DNA of 63,039 bases, filler included, from Octopus bimaculoides (lineage: Eukaryota), in assembly GCF_001194135.2 (NCBI RefSeq). It is 8 parts of 7 records of this genome, joined end to end, with 100 filler letters (N's around TTAATTAATTAA, not from the genome) between each part and the next. Parts side by side here need not be neighbours in the genome. Positions count along the whole stretch, not along the records: positions 1 to 4,377 come from NC_068991.1; positions 4,478 to 11,335 come from NC_068985.1; 6 more parts are not named here. One strand, 5' to 3'. Each line of letters begins with the position of its first letter. The first letter of the stretch is position 1. Shown one piece after another: positions 1 through 10,745 of the stretch. Both the position numbers and the translations under genes were made by a program. The notes beneath the pieces were generated by a model that was given only the letters and a program-made list of their open reading frames with translations, did no database searches and had not been told where the DNA came from.

Positions 1-35
1 GAGAGAGAGAGAGAGAAACAGATAGATAGATAGAT

Positions 36-105
<70 letters not shown>

Positions 106-130
106 TGACTGAGACAGAGACAGACAGGCA
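1..130. repeat. Compound (GA)n/(GATA)n/(GACA)n microsatellite
   Basis: Directly visible. Representative of dozens of (TA)n, (CA)n, (GA)n, (GATA)n and (TACA)n tracts across the window, e.g. 1775-1818, 1981-2056, 30351-30404, 61824-61888, 62210-62270 and 62920-62992. Confidence 0.95.
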
Positions 131-578
131 AAGAAAGAGTGATAGACAGCTATGGACAGTGAGAATCAGATTAAAAAGAGAGAATTGTTAATGGTTTCTT
201 TTAGTTCTTTGAAATCAACCTAAGGCACAAGGGTCCATCCACCCACACAGTACCCTGAGTTAATATGAAGGTAACCCAAGTTTTGTGAATGGAATGTGTA
301 GACAGAAATCTCTTCGGAAAAAAGAACAAGTACTGGGATCGATTCATTCGGATAAAAAATTTTCAAAGCTGTGCTCCAGTATGACCGCAGTCTAATGACG
401 AAAACAAGTAAAAGATAAAGGATAAAAGATATAGGGGTGATTTCATGGTTTTTGAAGGGGTTTTGGCGCCCTTATTTTATTTCATATATTCCTCCAGAAT
501 TAAACAGGTGACCATGTAGGAACTGGGAAGAACATATGGAGAAGACGCATGAAAAGAAACTTGATACATAATAAATCC

Positions 579-689
579 GGAGTTACTGGTGTAGGAAAGA
601 AAAGGGCCATAAATTCTATCACTGAAGCTGCAGAGAAGAGCACAAGATGGCTTTGGATAAGGAGAGCAAGTTGGGCCTTGATCAACTAG
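579..689 (+). mobile_element. 3' ORF remnant of a non-LTR retrotransposon (REL-endonuclease type, HERO-like)
   Basis: Reads GVTGVGKKRAINSITEAAEKSTRWLWIRRASWALIN*, resembling the C-terminal AI..I.EAAE..S.WLW..R motif I recall from HERO-type elements. The clade assignment is from memory. Confidence 0.5.
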
Positions 690-859
690 ACTGTGTCAAC
701 TGGGCGAAGGGACCAATCTTTGAAAGTCCACAAAACTATCATTGATGTATCCGGAACATCAATGAAAATGTATCGTGGAGCTTAAAAAAGAAAACTTTTT
801 TTTCTCCCACACAAATGTATGTTATATGACTACTGTTTAGACAGTAATTTGGCAGAATA

Positions 860-1072
860 CGAGGGGATGCTAAAATATTCCTGGTTTTAATGGTGTTGCG
901 AAAAGCCTGGTCAGAGGTCCAACTTTCCAAGTTTTTTACAGGGCTTAGAAAAACTGAAAGACCGCTGCAAGTGTCTCAATCTGAGATGAGAATATGTTGA
1001 ATAAAATCATAATTAACTGATCTTCCTGTATTTTCTTTTACGCAAAGCCAGGAATCTTTCAGCATCTCCTCG
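860..1072 (+). mobile_element. Internally deleted mariner element (non-autonomous)
   Basis: TA then cgaggggatgctaaaatattcctgg on the left, ccaggaatctttcagcatctcctcg on the right (about 27-bp TIRs). The interior holds a decayed mariner transposase C-terminus (GL.KL..R..KC....EYVE). Confidence 0.8.
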
Positions 1073-1496
1073 TGTATGTATATATCTATAATACATTAAA
1101 AATGAAGTTCAATCCTGCTTGCTTGCAATGTTACACAGCCAAACTGGCGCATAATGGGACAATACTTTGAAAGTAAAGTGCACTTGAAATGTGAATACGA
1201 ACGGAAGAGAAGTTTCACTTAAATCAGACTAGTAGTTATTGCGATATTTGGGATTTGGGGGGTATGAATACCCAAAACGGTGTATAACGGGAAAATACTC
1301 CGAAAATAACTTAACCCTGAAAGCGAAGAAACTCTTATCTTTCTGTTAGACATTATGATGGGCAAAATATTTTTACGTGAAAATAACTTCAAAAATACGG
1401 TAAATATTTCGTAAAACACCCGTTCGTAAACTCGGTGTGAAATAGTTTCTTTTTTCCAAGGGTTTCTTTTCAGAGCATTCAACGTATCTCACCACC

Positions 1497-1615
1497 AAAG
1501 ATTTGGCTGCTATTTCTAGCACGCCCTGCCACCATGTAACAGCTATTTGCTATTAAGGATCCGAAATACCCGTAACGTTGTAGCAGGGCATGCAAGAAAT
1601 AGCAGCCACATCTTT
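1497..1615. repeat. 33-bp inverted repeat pair (MITE-like hairpin)
   Basis: aaagatttggctgctatttctagcacgccctgc (1497-1529) versus the reverse complement of 1583-1615, with 3 mismatches. The same motif recurs singly at about 11109, 33164 and 38266. Confidence 0.75.
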
Positions 1616-1773
1616 CCTTTTACTGGGGAAAGGAACCGTTTACGCTCGATTTTGATGTTACATTCGTTGAAAGCATACGACATAACCTGGAAAAGATAAA
1701 TAAACACGAAACAAAACTCCGTTGCTGGGAAACTCAGACTTCCCCGGTGACCCAACGGGTTACGAATAGTCTA

Positions 1774-1822
<49 letters not shown>

Positions 1823-1980
1823 TCAGTTGAGATCCCTTTTATGTTTCTGAGTTTTTTTTGGATTTTTTATAATCTTTTAAATAGTTGAGTACCTCTAAAT
1901 ATCTGACAGGAACAATTGAGTGTTTTTGTTCTTGATCTCAATGGTGAAATATTTGGAAGCTGACAGTATGTACCAGGAGG

Positions 1981-2052
<72 letters not shown>

Positions 2053-2532
2053 GATAACGAGTGAGACAGAGAGGGCAAGGAGTTTAGGATTTGATTGTTA
2101 AAAGAATAGAATTTGATCAAAACAAGGAGACATAACGAAAGAGAGAAAAGTAACATGAAAGAAAGAATCGGAAAAATAAAGAAAGAAAAATTGCACGATG
2201 ACCTTTGGGAAATACTCTCTGAGTGCATAAGGCGCCTGAAATCTGATTCACACAGTTATATATATACATACATACATACATATGTTCAAATGTGTATATA
2301 TGTTTGTGTAAACATATATTTGCAAATATATGTTTGAGAAAATGGCGGAGCTGGCAACGTTTCATTGGTCGTTAGCTGTCGTCTGCTGTCTGCTTAGACA
2401 GCCGACACACTTGTATTGTCATTATTGGACACGTGTAATACAAGACACTCCATCTCCTTTGTTCGTTCTTTCCTTTCGTTACGTTTCGTTTCATTTCATT
2501 TAATACATGCATACATACATACATTCATACAT

Positions 2533-2781
2533 TCATGGGTACGTGCATACGAACGTCATAGACCCACACAAATACATACACACATGAATGTGTAGTCTTC
2601 TGTTTGTTATCATTTCCTTGACTTTTGCCCTTTGTTTATTTAACATTTTTCTCTCAATGGTTTCTTTCAGCTCGTTTTCTTTTGCCTTCTTCGGCTGTTC
2701 TTCTCTTTCCTTTTCATTTCTTTTCTGTTCTTGTCTTATTTCTATCTTCTCTCGTACCTCTTGTCTTAATTTCTCTTCCTT
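2533..2781 (-). CDS. Start-less open frame, coiled-coil-like (candidate exon or pseudogene fragment)
   Basis: KEEKLRQEVREKIEIRQEQKRNEKEREEQPKKAKENELKETIERKMLNKQRAKVKEMITNRRL; open for 82 codons. It could also be purine-rich low-complexity DNA. Confidence 0.25.
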   Translation of the reverse strand, partial: KEEKLRQEVREKIEIRQEQKRNEKEREEQPKKAKENELKETIERKMLNKQRAKVKEMITNRRLHIHVCMYLCGSMTFVCTYP

Positions 2782-3093
2782 TTAACGAGATCATCCGTCA
2801 AATCAAAAGAACAATATAAAATCACTCGATAACACATATGTGTGAGTGTGCAATGCATGCGCTGGTGTGCGTGTCCCTATATTTGTGTATTTGGGTGTTT
2901 GCGTGCGTGTGTATGTGTGTGTGTGTGTGTGTGCGTGTGTGTGTACTTGGTTGGGTGTTTGTGTTTATGTTTGTGTCGCTATAAAAAATATACAAATATG
3001 TACAAAAACAACCAAAAATGAAACAATTTGCCGATATGGCGAAACTGTTGGTCTATTCCGAATATTACTGCAAATAGTAATTATAAACCAATA

Positions 3094-3094
<1 letters not shown>

Positions 3095-3169
<75 letters not shown>

Positions 3170-3500
3170 NNNNNNNNNNNNNNNNNNNNNNNNNNNNNNN
3201 NNNNNNNNNNNNNNNNNNNNNNNNNNNNNNNNNNNNNNNNNNNNNNNNNNNNNNNNNNNNNNNNNNNNNNNNNNNNNNNNNNNNNNNNNNNNNNNNNNNN
3301 NNNNNNNNNNNNNNNNNNNNNNNNNNNNNNNNNNNNNNNNNNNNNNNNNNNNNNNNNNNNNNNNNNNNNNNNNNNNNNNNNNNNNNNNNNNNNNNNNNNN
3401 NNNNNNNNNNNNNNNNNNNNNNNNNNNNNNNNNNNNNNNNNNNNNNNNNNNNNNNNNNNNNNNNNNNNNNNNNNNNNNNNNNNNNNNNNNNNNNNNNNNN

Positions 3501-3583
<83 letters not shown>
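3095..3583. repeat. (TAC)n microsatellite interrupted by a gap
   Basis: Pure TAC repeats on both sides of the N-run 3170-3500. Other (TAC)n tracts at 26243-26297 and 57607-57700. Confidence 0.95.
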
Positions 3584-3584
<1 letters not shown>

Positions 3585-3740
3585 ACCACCACCACCATTG
3601 AGTTCAATGGAAACCGGTCGACGTTCTAATGGTTCTGCCAGCACGCTGCCCTTAACCATTATATTAATAATAATCCTTTCTATTATAGGCACAAGGCCTG
3701 AAATTTTGAGGGGAAGGGCTAGTCAATTACTTCAATCTAG

Positions 3741-4049
3741 CCCGGATTTTTTCTCGTGAGGATACCTGAAAGAGAGGTTTTACGTTAATAAATCGGAGAG
3801 CCTGGTGCAACTGAAGGAGAACTTCAATAGAGGAATCAGAGACGTGGGATCTGAAATTCTTGAGAGTGTTATGGTGCAAGTTTTGGAAAGAGCACGGGTG
3901 AGCGAAGCCGAAAATGGCAACAAAATTTGACTCGTGCATAATAATTTCCATTATGTCCTTTATATCGTATCAAAATTTCATACATTCATTTGTAGAGTTA
4001 AGGAAGTTATTAAAAACTGAATCCCATCAGTAACTTTTGGGACACGCTG
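3741..4049 (+). mobile_element. 3' fragment of a Tc1/mariner-superfamily element (rosa/DD41D-like)
   Basis: Decayed PDFFL.GYLKE..YVNK.ESLVQLKEN, then a terminal TIR ...aacttttgggacacgctg followed by TA at 4050-4051. The left side is cut by a SINE fragment. Confidence 0.65.
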
Positions 4050-4377
4050 TATATGTTTATAGTATGCATTTGTCGATCTCCTTCACAGTCTCTTGTTATC
4101 TCTCTCGCACACAGACGCACGCGTACACATACGCAGATATTTCGAATATATATGCATATACATACATACATGCATACAATGGTGATGGTTGACGTTGTTT
4201 TAGTATAATGTTTGTGGCGTAGGTGGTGGTGGTAGTGGTGATAGTTAAGACGGAAGTATAGAAGCGTGGTGGAGGAGATAGTTGGCACTGGTAAAGTGTA
4301 TGGAGGAACAGATGCAACATGAACATAAGAGGCAAATAAGACGGGACTTTATATATATATATATGTATATATATATA

Positions 4378-4477
4378 NNNNNNNNNNNNNNNNNNNNNNN
4401 NNNNNNNNNNNNNNNNNNNNNTTAATTAATTAANNNNNNNNNNNNNNNNNNNNNNNNNNNNNNNNNNNNNNNNNNNN
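4378..4477. other. Artificial contig spacer (44 N + TTAATTAATTAA + 44 N)
   Basis: Exactly 100 bp. The palindromic 12-mer places TAA in all six frames. The identical construct occurs at 11336-11435, 27156-27255, 45850-45949, 49936-50035, 55638-55737 and 61724-61823. Confidence 0.97.
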
Positions 4478-4520
<43 letters not shown>

Positions 4521-5166
4521 CACATATATATACACATATACATACACACACACACACGCACATATATACGTTTCTAGGATTCAAGAGAATCAGGTACTTA
4601 AATAGTAAAGCACCATGCTTAGGTCGGTGATAGCGTTATCTTGTTCAAACAATATTTAAGAACAAATATGTACTTGCTAAAGTAAACACGGGTTTGTACT
4701 CCGGTTATGCATACATTCACATATGGCTGACTGAATACACAACGAGTCATCAAAATCACACATTGGCACACTCACTGCACCTATTGCACCACCGTCTATA
4801 GAGCCAAACGAAGTGCAGGTTCCAAGTTAGGTGAAGAATAAACAAATAACAACAGATGGATTGTGGTTCACTACAGCTGTTTCACACATGTTTTTTTATT
4901 GATGAACACAAGTGTTACATCATGCAAAAAAAAAGCCAATTTTGTCAGGTGAATACAGGTAAGAATCAACAATTAGAAACTCTCTAGAACAAGTGCATAG
5001 TGCCATATAACTCTGCAGATCCAAATTCAGGAAAATATGGAACAACTTTTCTTTCAGACTGAAAACAAGTTCATTTTGTGGTTTACATTCATTTTATCAA
5101 GGTTTTTACATGTGTTGTTGTATGAAAATCTTGCAGTTTCGAATCCACGCCATGTCTGCATGAAGC

Positions 5167-5212
<46 letters not shown>

Positions 5213-6176
5213 NNNNNNNNNNNNNNNNNNNNNNNNNNNNNNNNNNNNNNNNNNNNNNNNNNNNNNNNNNNNNNNNNNNNNNNNNNNNNNNNNNNNNNNN
5301 NNNNNNNNNNNNNNNNNNNNNNNNNNNNNNNNNNNNNNNNNNNNNNNNNNNNNNNNNNNNNNNNNNNNNNNNNNNNNNNNNNNNNNNNNNNNNNNNNNNN
5401 NNNNNNNNNNNNNNNNNNNNNNNNNNNNNNNNNNNNNNNNNNNNNNNNNNNNNNNNNNNNNNNNNNNNNNNNNNNNNNNNNNNNNNNNNNNNNNNNNNNN
5501 NNNNNNNNNNNNNNNNNNNNNNNNNNNNNNNNNNNNNNNNNNNNNNNNNNNNNNNNNNNNNNNNNNNNNNNNNNNNNNNNNNNNNNNNNNNNNNNNNNNN
5601 NNNNNNNNNNNNNNNNNNNNNNNNNNNNNNNNNNNNNNNNNNNNNNNNNNNNNNNNNNNNNNNNNNNNNNNNNNNNNNNNNNNNNNNNNNNNNNNNNNNN
5701 NNNNNNNNNNNNNNNNNNNNNNNNNNNNNNNNNNNNNNNNNNNNNNNNNNNNNNNNNNNNNNNNNNNNNNNNNNNNNNNNNNNNNNNNNNNNNNNNNNNN
5801 NNNNNNNNNNNNNNNNNNNNNNNNNNNNNNNNNNNNNNNNNNNNNNNNNNNNNNNNNNNNNNNNNNNNNNNNNNNNNNNNNNNNNNNNNNNNNNNNNNNN
5901 NNNNNNNNNNNNNNNNNNNNNNNNNNNNNNNNNNNNNNNNNNNNNNNNNNNNNNNNNNNNNNNNNNNNNNNNNNNNNNNNNNNNNNNNNNNNNNNNNNNN
6001 NNNNNNNNNNNNNNNNNNNNNNNNNNNNNNNNNNNNNNNNNNNNNNNNNNNNNNNNNNNNNNNNNNNNNNNNNNNNNNNNNNNNNNNNNNNNNNNNNNNN
6101 NNNNNNNNNNNNNNNNNNNNNNNNNNNNNNNNNNNNNNNNNNNNNNNNNNNNNNNNNNNNNNNNNNNNNNNNNNNN

Positions 6177-6228
<52 letters not shown>

Positions 6229-6571
6229 CTAATTGACAAAGATACGAATACCTCACTATTAATATACTTTGGTAAGTGTAGTTTATAAAAATTAACTAGT
6301 TTTCTCTCCTCGGTGTATGTTGGGTTACTAAGTTTTATGTAATTCTGTGTGACATATCTAAACACGCCTTAGCACCAATGGTGTTGGTGGTCGTCGTCGT
6401 GTATAGAGTATTCAAGGTACCGGAAAACTGTTAAGAGAAAAAGGGTCGTAGAAAATTACATTCGTTCTTTAAGGCCTGACGTTACATTTACATATTGCAG
6501 ATATTTTTGTGAACACGTGATTTGTTAGCAATCACTAAGAATAGTAAATTTTTATTTCTGTACGGGGGGTA

Positions 6572-6763
6572 CTCTTTTACTTGTTTCAGTCATTTGACTG
6601 CGGCCATGCTGGAGCACCGCCTTTAGTCGAGCAAACCGACCCCAGGACTTATTCTTTGTAAGCCTAGTACTTATTCTATGGGTCTCTAATGCCGAACCGC
6701 TAAGTTACGGGGACGTAAACACACCAGCATCGGTTGCAAAGCGATGTTGGGGGACAAACACAG

Positions 6764-6794
<31 letters not shown>

Positions 6795-6967
6795 CATATA
6801 TACGACGGGCTTCTTTCAGTTTCCGTCTACCAAATCCACTCACAAGGTTTTTGGTCGGCCCGAGGCTATAGTAGAAGACACTTGCCCAAGGTGCCACGCA
6901 GTGGGACTGATCCCGGAACCATGTGGTTCGTGAGCAAGCTACTTACCACACAGCCACTCCTACGCCT
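6572..6967 (-). mobile_element. Near full-length tRNA-derived SINE, family A (CORE-SINE-like)
   Basis: Minus strand: head ggcgtaggagtggctgtgtggtaagtagc, B-box-like ggttccgggatcagtccc, CORE-like caccttgggcaagtg, internal (TA)/(TG) tract, tail aaggcggtgctccagcatggccgcagtcaaatgactgaaacaagtaaaag. Related pieces occur at 325-425, 9330-9537, 34652-35015, 42855-42884 and 53272-53402. Confidence 0.85.
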
Positions 6968-7150
6968 ATGATGTAATTGAAAAATTCCTGGCTTTGAGCA
7001 AAAGAAAATACAGGAGGTTCTTTGATGATTTTATCCAACATATTCCCCTCTCAGATTCACACACTTATTGCAGCGGTCCATCAATTTTTCTAAGCCCAGT
7101 AAAAGAACTCGGAAGGTTCCTTAAAGCCAGGAACTTTTCAGCACCCCCTC
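6967..7150 (-). mobile_element. Second copy of the same deleted mariner family
   Basis: The minus strand starts tatgagggggtgctgaaaagttcctggct and shares ctgggcttagaaaaattga..gaccgctgcaa..aatctgag..gaatatgttg.ataaaatcat with 860-1072. Confidence 0.75.
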
Positions 7151-7717
7151 ATATATTCATCATTTCGTGGGCAATGTCAGTTTACCCAGTTGAGATTTAA
7201 CATTTGTCAGATTTAATATACATCTCAATGAACATTCGGCCGAGATAATCAATTAAGAAGTCAAAAGACAATCTATCCCTTATAATCTGTCTGTAGAGTA
7301 TAGACAGAAATATATGATGAGTGTGTATGAACGTGTATGCATGTGCGTGTATTTGAACATTTTCAATATTGGAGATAAAGAGAGAGTTTCGGCTGTTGCA
7401 GCTTCTAATGCAGATAAGATGGATTTAAAATATCAACCCATAATTTCATTCGTGCTGCGATAAAGGATTAGAATTAATCAACGGATTTAAAGGGCTTTGC
7501 TATTATTTTGATTCTTTTTTTTTCACTGACAAAGGTTGTTATTGGTTAATGAAGTTCACTTTGTATTGTTTCATGGCCAGTGTTACTTACTGCCTGTCAT
7601 GAGACACTATTTTATATGAATCCTTGTTATTGTTAGTGTTGATTTTTTTTTTTTTTTTGTGTGATTGTTATTGTTGTCGATGATGCTTAACCAGTTCTGA
7701 TTGAGCAAACTTATGGA

Positions 7718-7797
7718 AATTAAGACACCAAGATATTCTAATTAAGACACCAAGGAAATTAAGATATTCTAATTAAGACACCAAGATATTCTAATTA
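7718..7797. repeat. Short tandem repeat, 22-bp unit AATTAAGACACCAAGATATTCT, about 3 imperfect copies
   Basis: Directly visible; the middle copy is scrambled. Confidence 0.8.
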
Positions 7798-8048
7798 TGA
7801 AACATATTGTAAATTCTGTATCGGATGAAAAAATATTTTGGAAATTTATAAAGTGTAGGGGTAACAATATCTAGTAAAAAGAAAAATAAATAGATACGGC
7901 ACTTGCTTCAAATAAAGACCAATTATTTATTTATTTATTTATTTATTATTATTATTTTGATAATTTAGATATAGGCGTGGTTGTGTGATTGGAAATTTGG
8001 GATCTTTTCCCTTTCAACAGCAGATCGAGAAATTAATTTTTTGTAACT

Positions 8049-8877
8049 AAACACTTTCAAACATCGGACACTGGTAGAATGTGTCATATAAAACATCTTT
8101 TACTCTTAGTTGTTGTTGAGAAAAGTTTATATCTTCAAAGTTACTTCGTGTTAAAGTTGTCGTATTTCGGTAATTTCAACCAATCAATGACGTGTATTCA
8201 GCTGAATAAAATTACTGCCGTTGTTTGTCAACAACAACTATTGTCGGTGTATATTGCCGTTCTGTTATTCATTCTGTAGGCATTTAACTTCGTTTTTGTT
8301 GACTACTAGAAGATTTGGATCTTTTTTAAAACGGGGGCCACATTTTTCATTAACGAAACACTTTGAAACTTGGAACACTGGTAGAATGTGTCATATAAAA
8401 CATCTTTTTCTCTTAGTCTTCTTTAAAAAAAAAAAGAAATCCATAAGTTATTCCATGTTAAAGTCGTATTTCTGTAATTTCAACCAATCACTGACGTCCA
8501 TTCAGCCGATATACATTAAGTGCCGACTACATAAACAAACGATTCTGAAACAATTAACCCTAACCCTAACCCTAGGGTTAGGGTTAGGGTTAGGGTTAAA
8601 GCAAATTTAAAATGAAAAAAGCAAATAAAACGAAGGTATGGAGATTAAATACGCTTTACATCGCTTAATCAGCCAAAGGAGTAAATGTAAACAACTGAAT
8701 ACTTGTCAGTGATTGGTTGAAATTATCGAAATAAGACAATTTTTTACATGAAATAAATTCGAATACAAAAATATTTTTCTGTTCTATAACACAAAATAGA
8801 TAAGTATACGAAGTTTGAAAGTCTTTCCGTACCAAAAACACTACGTAAAACATTAATGAAAAATGTGGCCCCCATCC
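8049..8877. repeat. Two direct copies plus one inverted copy of a repeat module around a telomeric palindrome
   Basis: 8049-8205 and 8356-8509 are direct copies (offset about 304-307). tatttcg.taatttcaaccaatca.tgac and ggggccacatttttcattaa recur inverted at 8695-8735 and 8853-8877. Confidence 0.75.
8554..8599. repeat. Interstitial head-to-head telomeric repeat (TAACCC)3-T|A-(GGGTTA)4
   Basis: ttaaccctaaccctaaccctagggttagggttagggttagggttaa; perfect 38-nt palindrome at 8555-8592. Confidence 0.95.
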
Positions 8878-9329
8878 GAAGATTTGTGGAAAGAGAAAAA
8901 GAGAGGGGGGGGCAGAAAGAAAGAAAGAGTCTAGGCAAGTAGAGAGGGTAAGAGCTATGTAGTTCTTCGCATAAGATGTTTCCTCCATCGACGCCGAAAG
9001 AAAGAAGGAAGACCTGAATTTGGTTACCGTATTTATTTATATATGTTGGAAAGTTGTATGTTGGTCAAAGAACATCTCTCTTGTACTACATTTTACCCAA
9101 GAATGTTAACTTAAACAATAGAACCCTAGAGTGACAGTTGACTCTCATAAATTTCTAAGGGCAAAAGTTGAAAACAGTAGGAAAGGAACAGATGGAAAAA
9201 TTTAGATTCGGTTTCGAATCTTGCCTAAGTATCTATTGAGTTATTCATTACACACGTGTGAACGTGTGTGTTTGTGTGAACGTGTGTATTTATGTGTGTG
9301 TGTGTGTGTGTGTGTGAACGTGTTTGTGT

Positions 9330-9537
9330 GGGGGGAGTTAGTATTTGTCTTCCATCGCCGCTTGACAACTGGTATTGCTTTGTCTAGATCCCCTTCACTT
9401 AGCGGTTCGACAACACAATAAGTACTTGTCTTTCGAAATAAGTACTGGGATCGATTCGTTTAACTAAAACCCTTCAAGGCTGTGCCCCAGCGTGGCCGCA
9501 GTCCGATGACTGGAACAAGTAAAATCTAAAAGATAAA
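9330..9537 (+). mobile_element. SINE family A, 3' half
   Basis: cgcttgacaac..acttagcggttcg..aataagtac..aaggctgtgccccagcgtggccgcagtc..gaacaagtaaaa matches the 3' half of 6572-6967. Confidence 0.75.
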
Positions 9538-9555
9538 TCAACCGTTTTAATAAGT

Positions 9556-9951
9556 TGTAGGGAAGTGGTTATACACCATTAGGTGTACACCGCTTCCGTA
9601 CATTAAATTTCTAGAAGAAACAACGGAACGCAGATTCTGAACAACATAACAATATTTATTTACAGTGGAATTCAGTTCACGCTTGGAGGGAATTCGGTAG
9701 CTCGTCGCCCTCGGTTACTGAGACGCCTCCTGAATGATTTCCGTGGTTATTTGTGAAGCTCTGGTGCTGACATGTGAGAGAGCTCTGTTGGACGTCTTGG
9801 CTCGATGGAGATCAGTCAACGAAGAGACTGAGAAAAGGCGCCAAAGCTGGGTGTCGAACTCTACGCATGCGCATGAGACTCTTCCTGTATTCCTTCCGGA
9901 ACTAGTCCCTGCACATGCTTGGATAAAACTCCGGACATTGAACATATAACA
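9556..9951 (-). mobile_element. Probable solo LTR (about 396 bp)
   Basis: GC-richer block bounded by TGT...ACA. On the minus strand AATAAA lies about 100 nt from the 3' end. No clean 4-6 bp target-site duplication found. Confidence 0.4.
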
Positions 9952-10009
9952 GTTGTCTGCTATAAGTTATCACTACAAAGTCTTTAATCTATAAACGATC
10001 ATTTATTCT

Positions 10010-10221
10010 TTTCTACTCTAGGCACAAGGCCCGAAATTTTGGGGGAGCGGGGCAGTCGATTAGATCGACTCCAGTATTCAACTGGTACTTAATCTATCGA
10101 CCCCGAAAAGATGAAAAGCAAAGTCAACCTCAGCGGAATTTGAACTCAGAACATAAAGACAGATGAAATATCGCTAAGCATGTCGCCCGGCATGCTAACG
10201 TTTCTGCCAGTTGACCACCTT
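10010..10221 (-). mobile_element. tRNA-derived SINE, family B (CORE-like), near full length
   Basis: Minus strand: aaggtggtcaactggcagaaacgttagc head, gagttcaaattccg B-box, tttgcttttcatcttttcggggtcgata..taagtaccagt core. Further copies or fragments at 3685-3733, 10612-10711, 17385-17583, 40977-41040 and 56147-56270. Confidence 0.85.
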
Positions 10222-10710
10222 ATAAATGAGCGTTTATTGACCAAATGTTTCGTCTAAATTTCCATCTGATAAAGTTTGTTTATTTTCGTTATCTTTCAAA
10301 ACTGAATAAAAAAAAGAAAATTATTGAGTCTAGATGATGTTCCTTAGATTTTAATGGGAGGGTATGTAACTTACCTGGTGATCTCTAAGAATCACTACCT
10401 TAAATTCTATTTCCAAACTGAAACAATTTCCAGTTAGTGTAAAATCTTAAATTTTTTCTATTACACAAGAAAGCGTCTTTATGAAACATTAAAACAGCTC
10501 TTCTTGACATATTACTGTGTAGTGTTATTAACGTTTTGGAATTGATAATTAAAAGCAAAATTAGCGCGTTTTTAAAAGCAATTAACATTTTCTATCCTGG
10601 AATATTTTTTAGGGGAGGAGATTAATCGACTACAACGTCTCCAGTGCTCAACTGGTATTTTTTTTTTTATCGACCCCGAAACGAGGAAACTCTTAAGTCA
10701 ACCTCAGCGG

Positions 10711-10745
<35 letters not shown>

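Noticed and set aside
4422-4433. Recurring TTAATTAATTAA palindrome as a regulatory or CRISPR-like repeat
   Set aside because: It is always centred in exactly 88 Ns, so it is an assembly linker. No CRISPR array or prokaryotic feature is present in the window.
8554-8599. Ancestral chromosome fusion site
   Set aside because: The orientation is (CCCTAA)n then (TTAGGG)n, the reverse of a fusion, and only 7 units are present.
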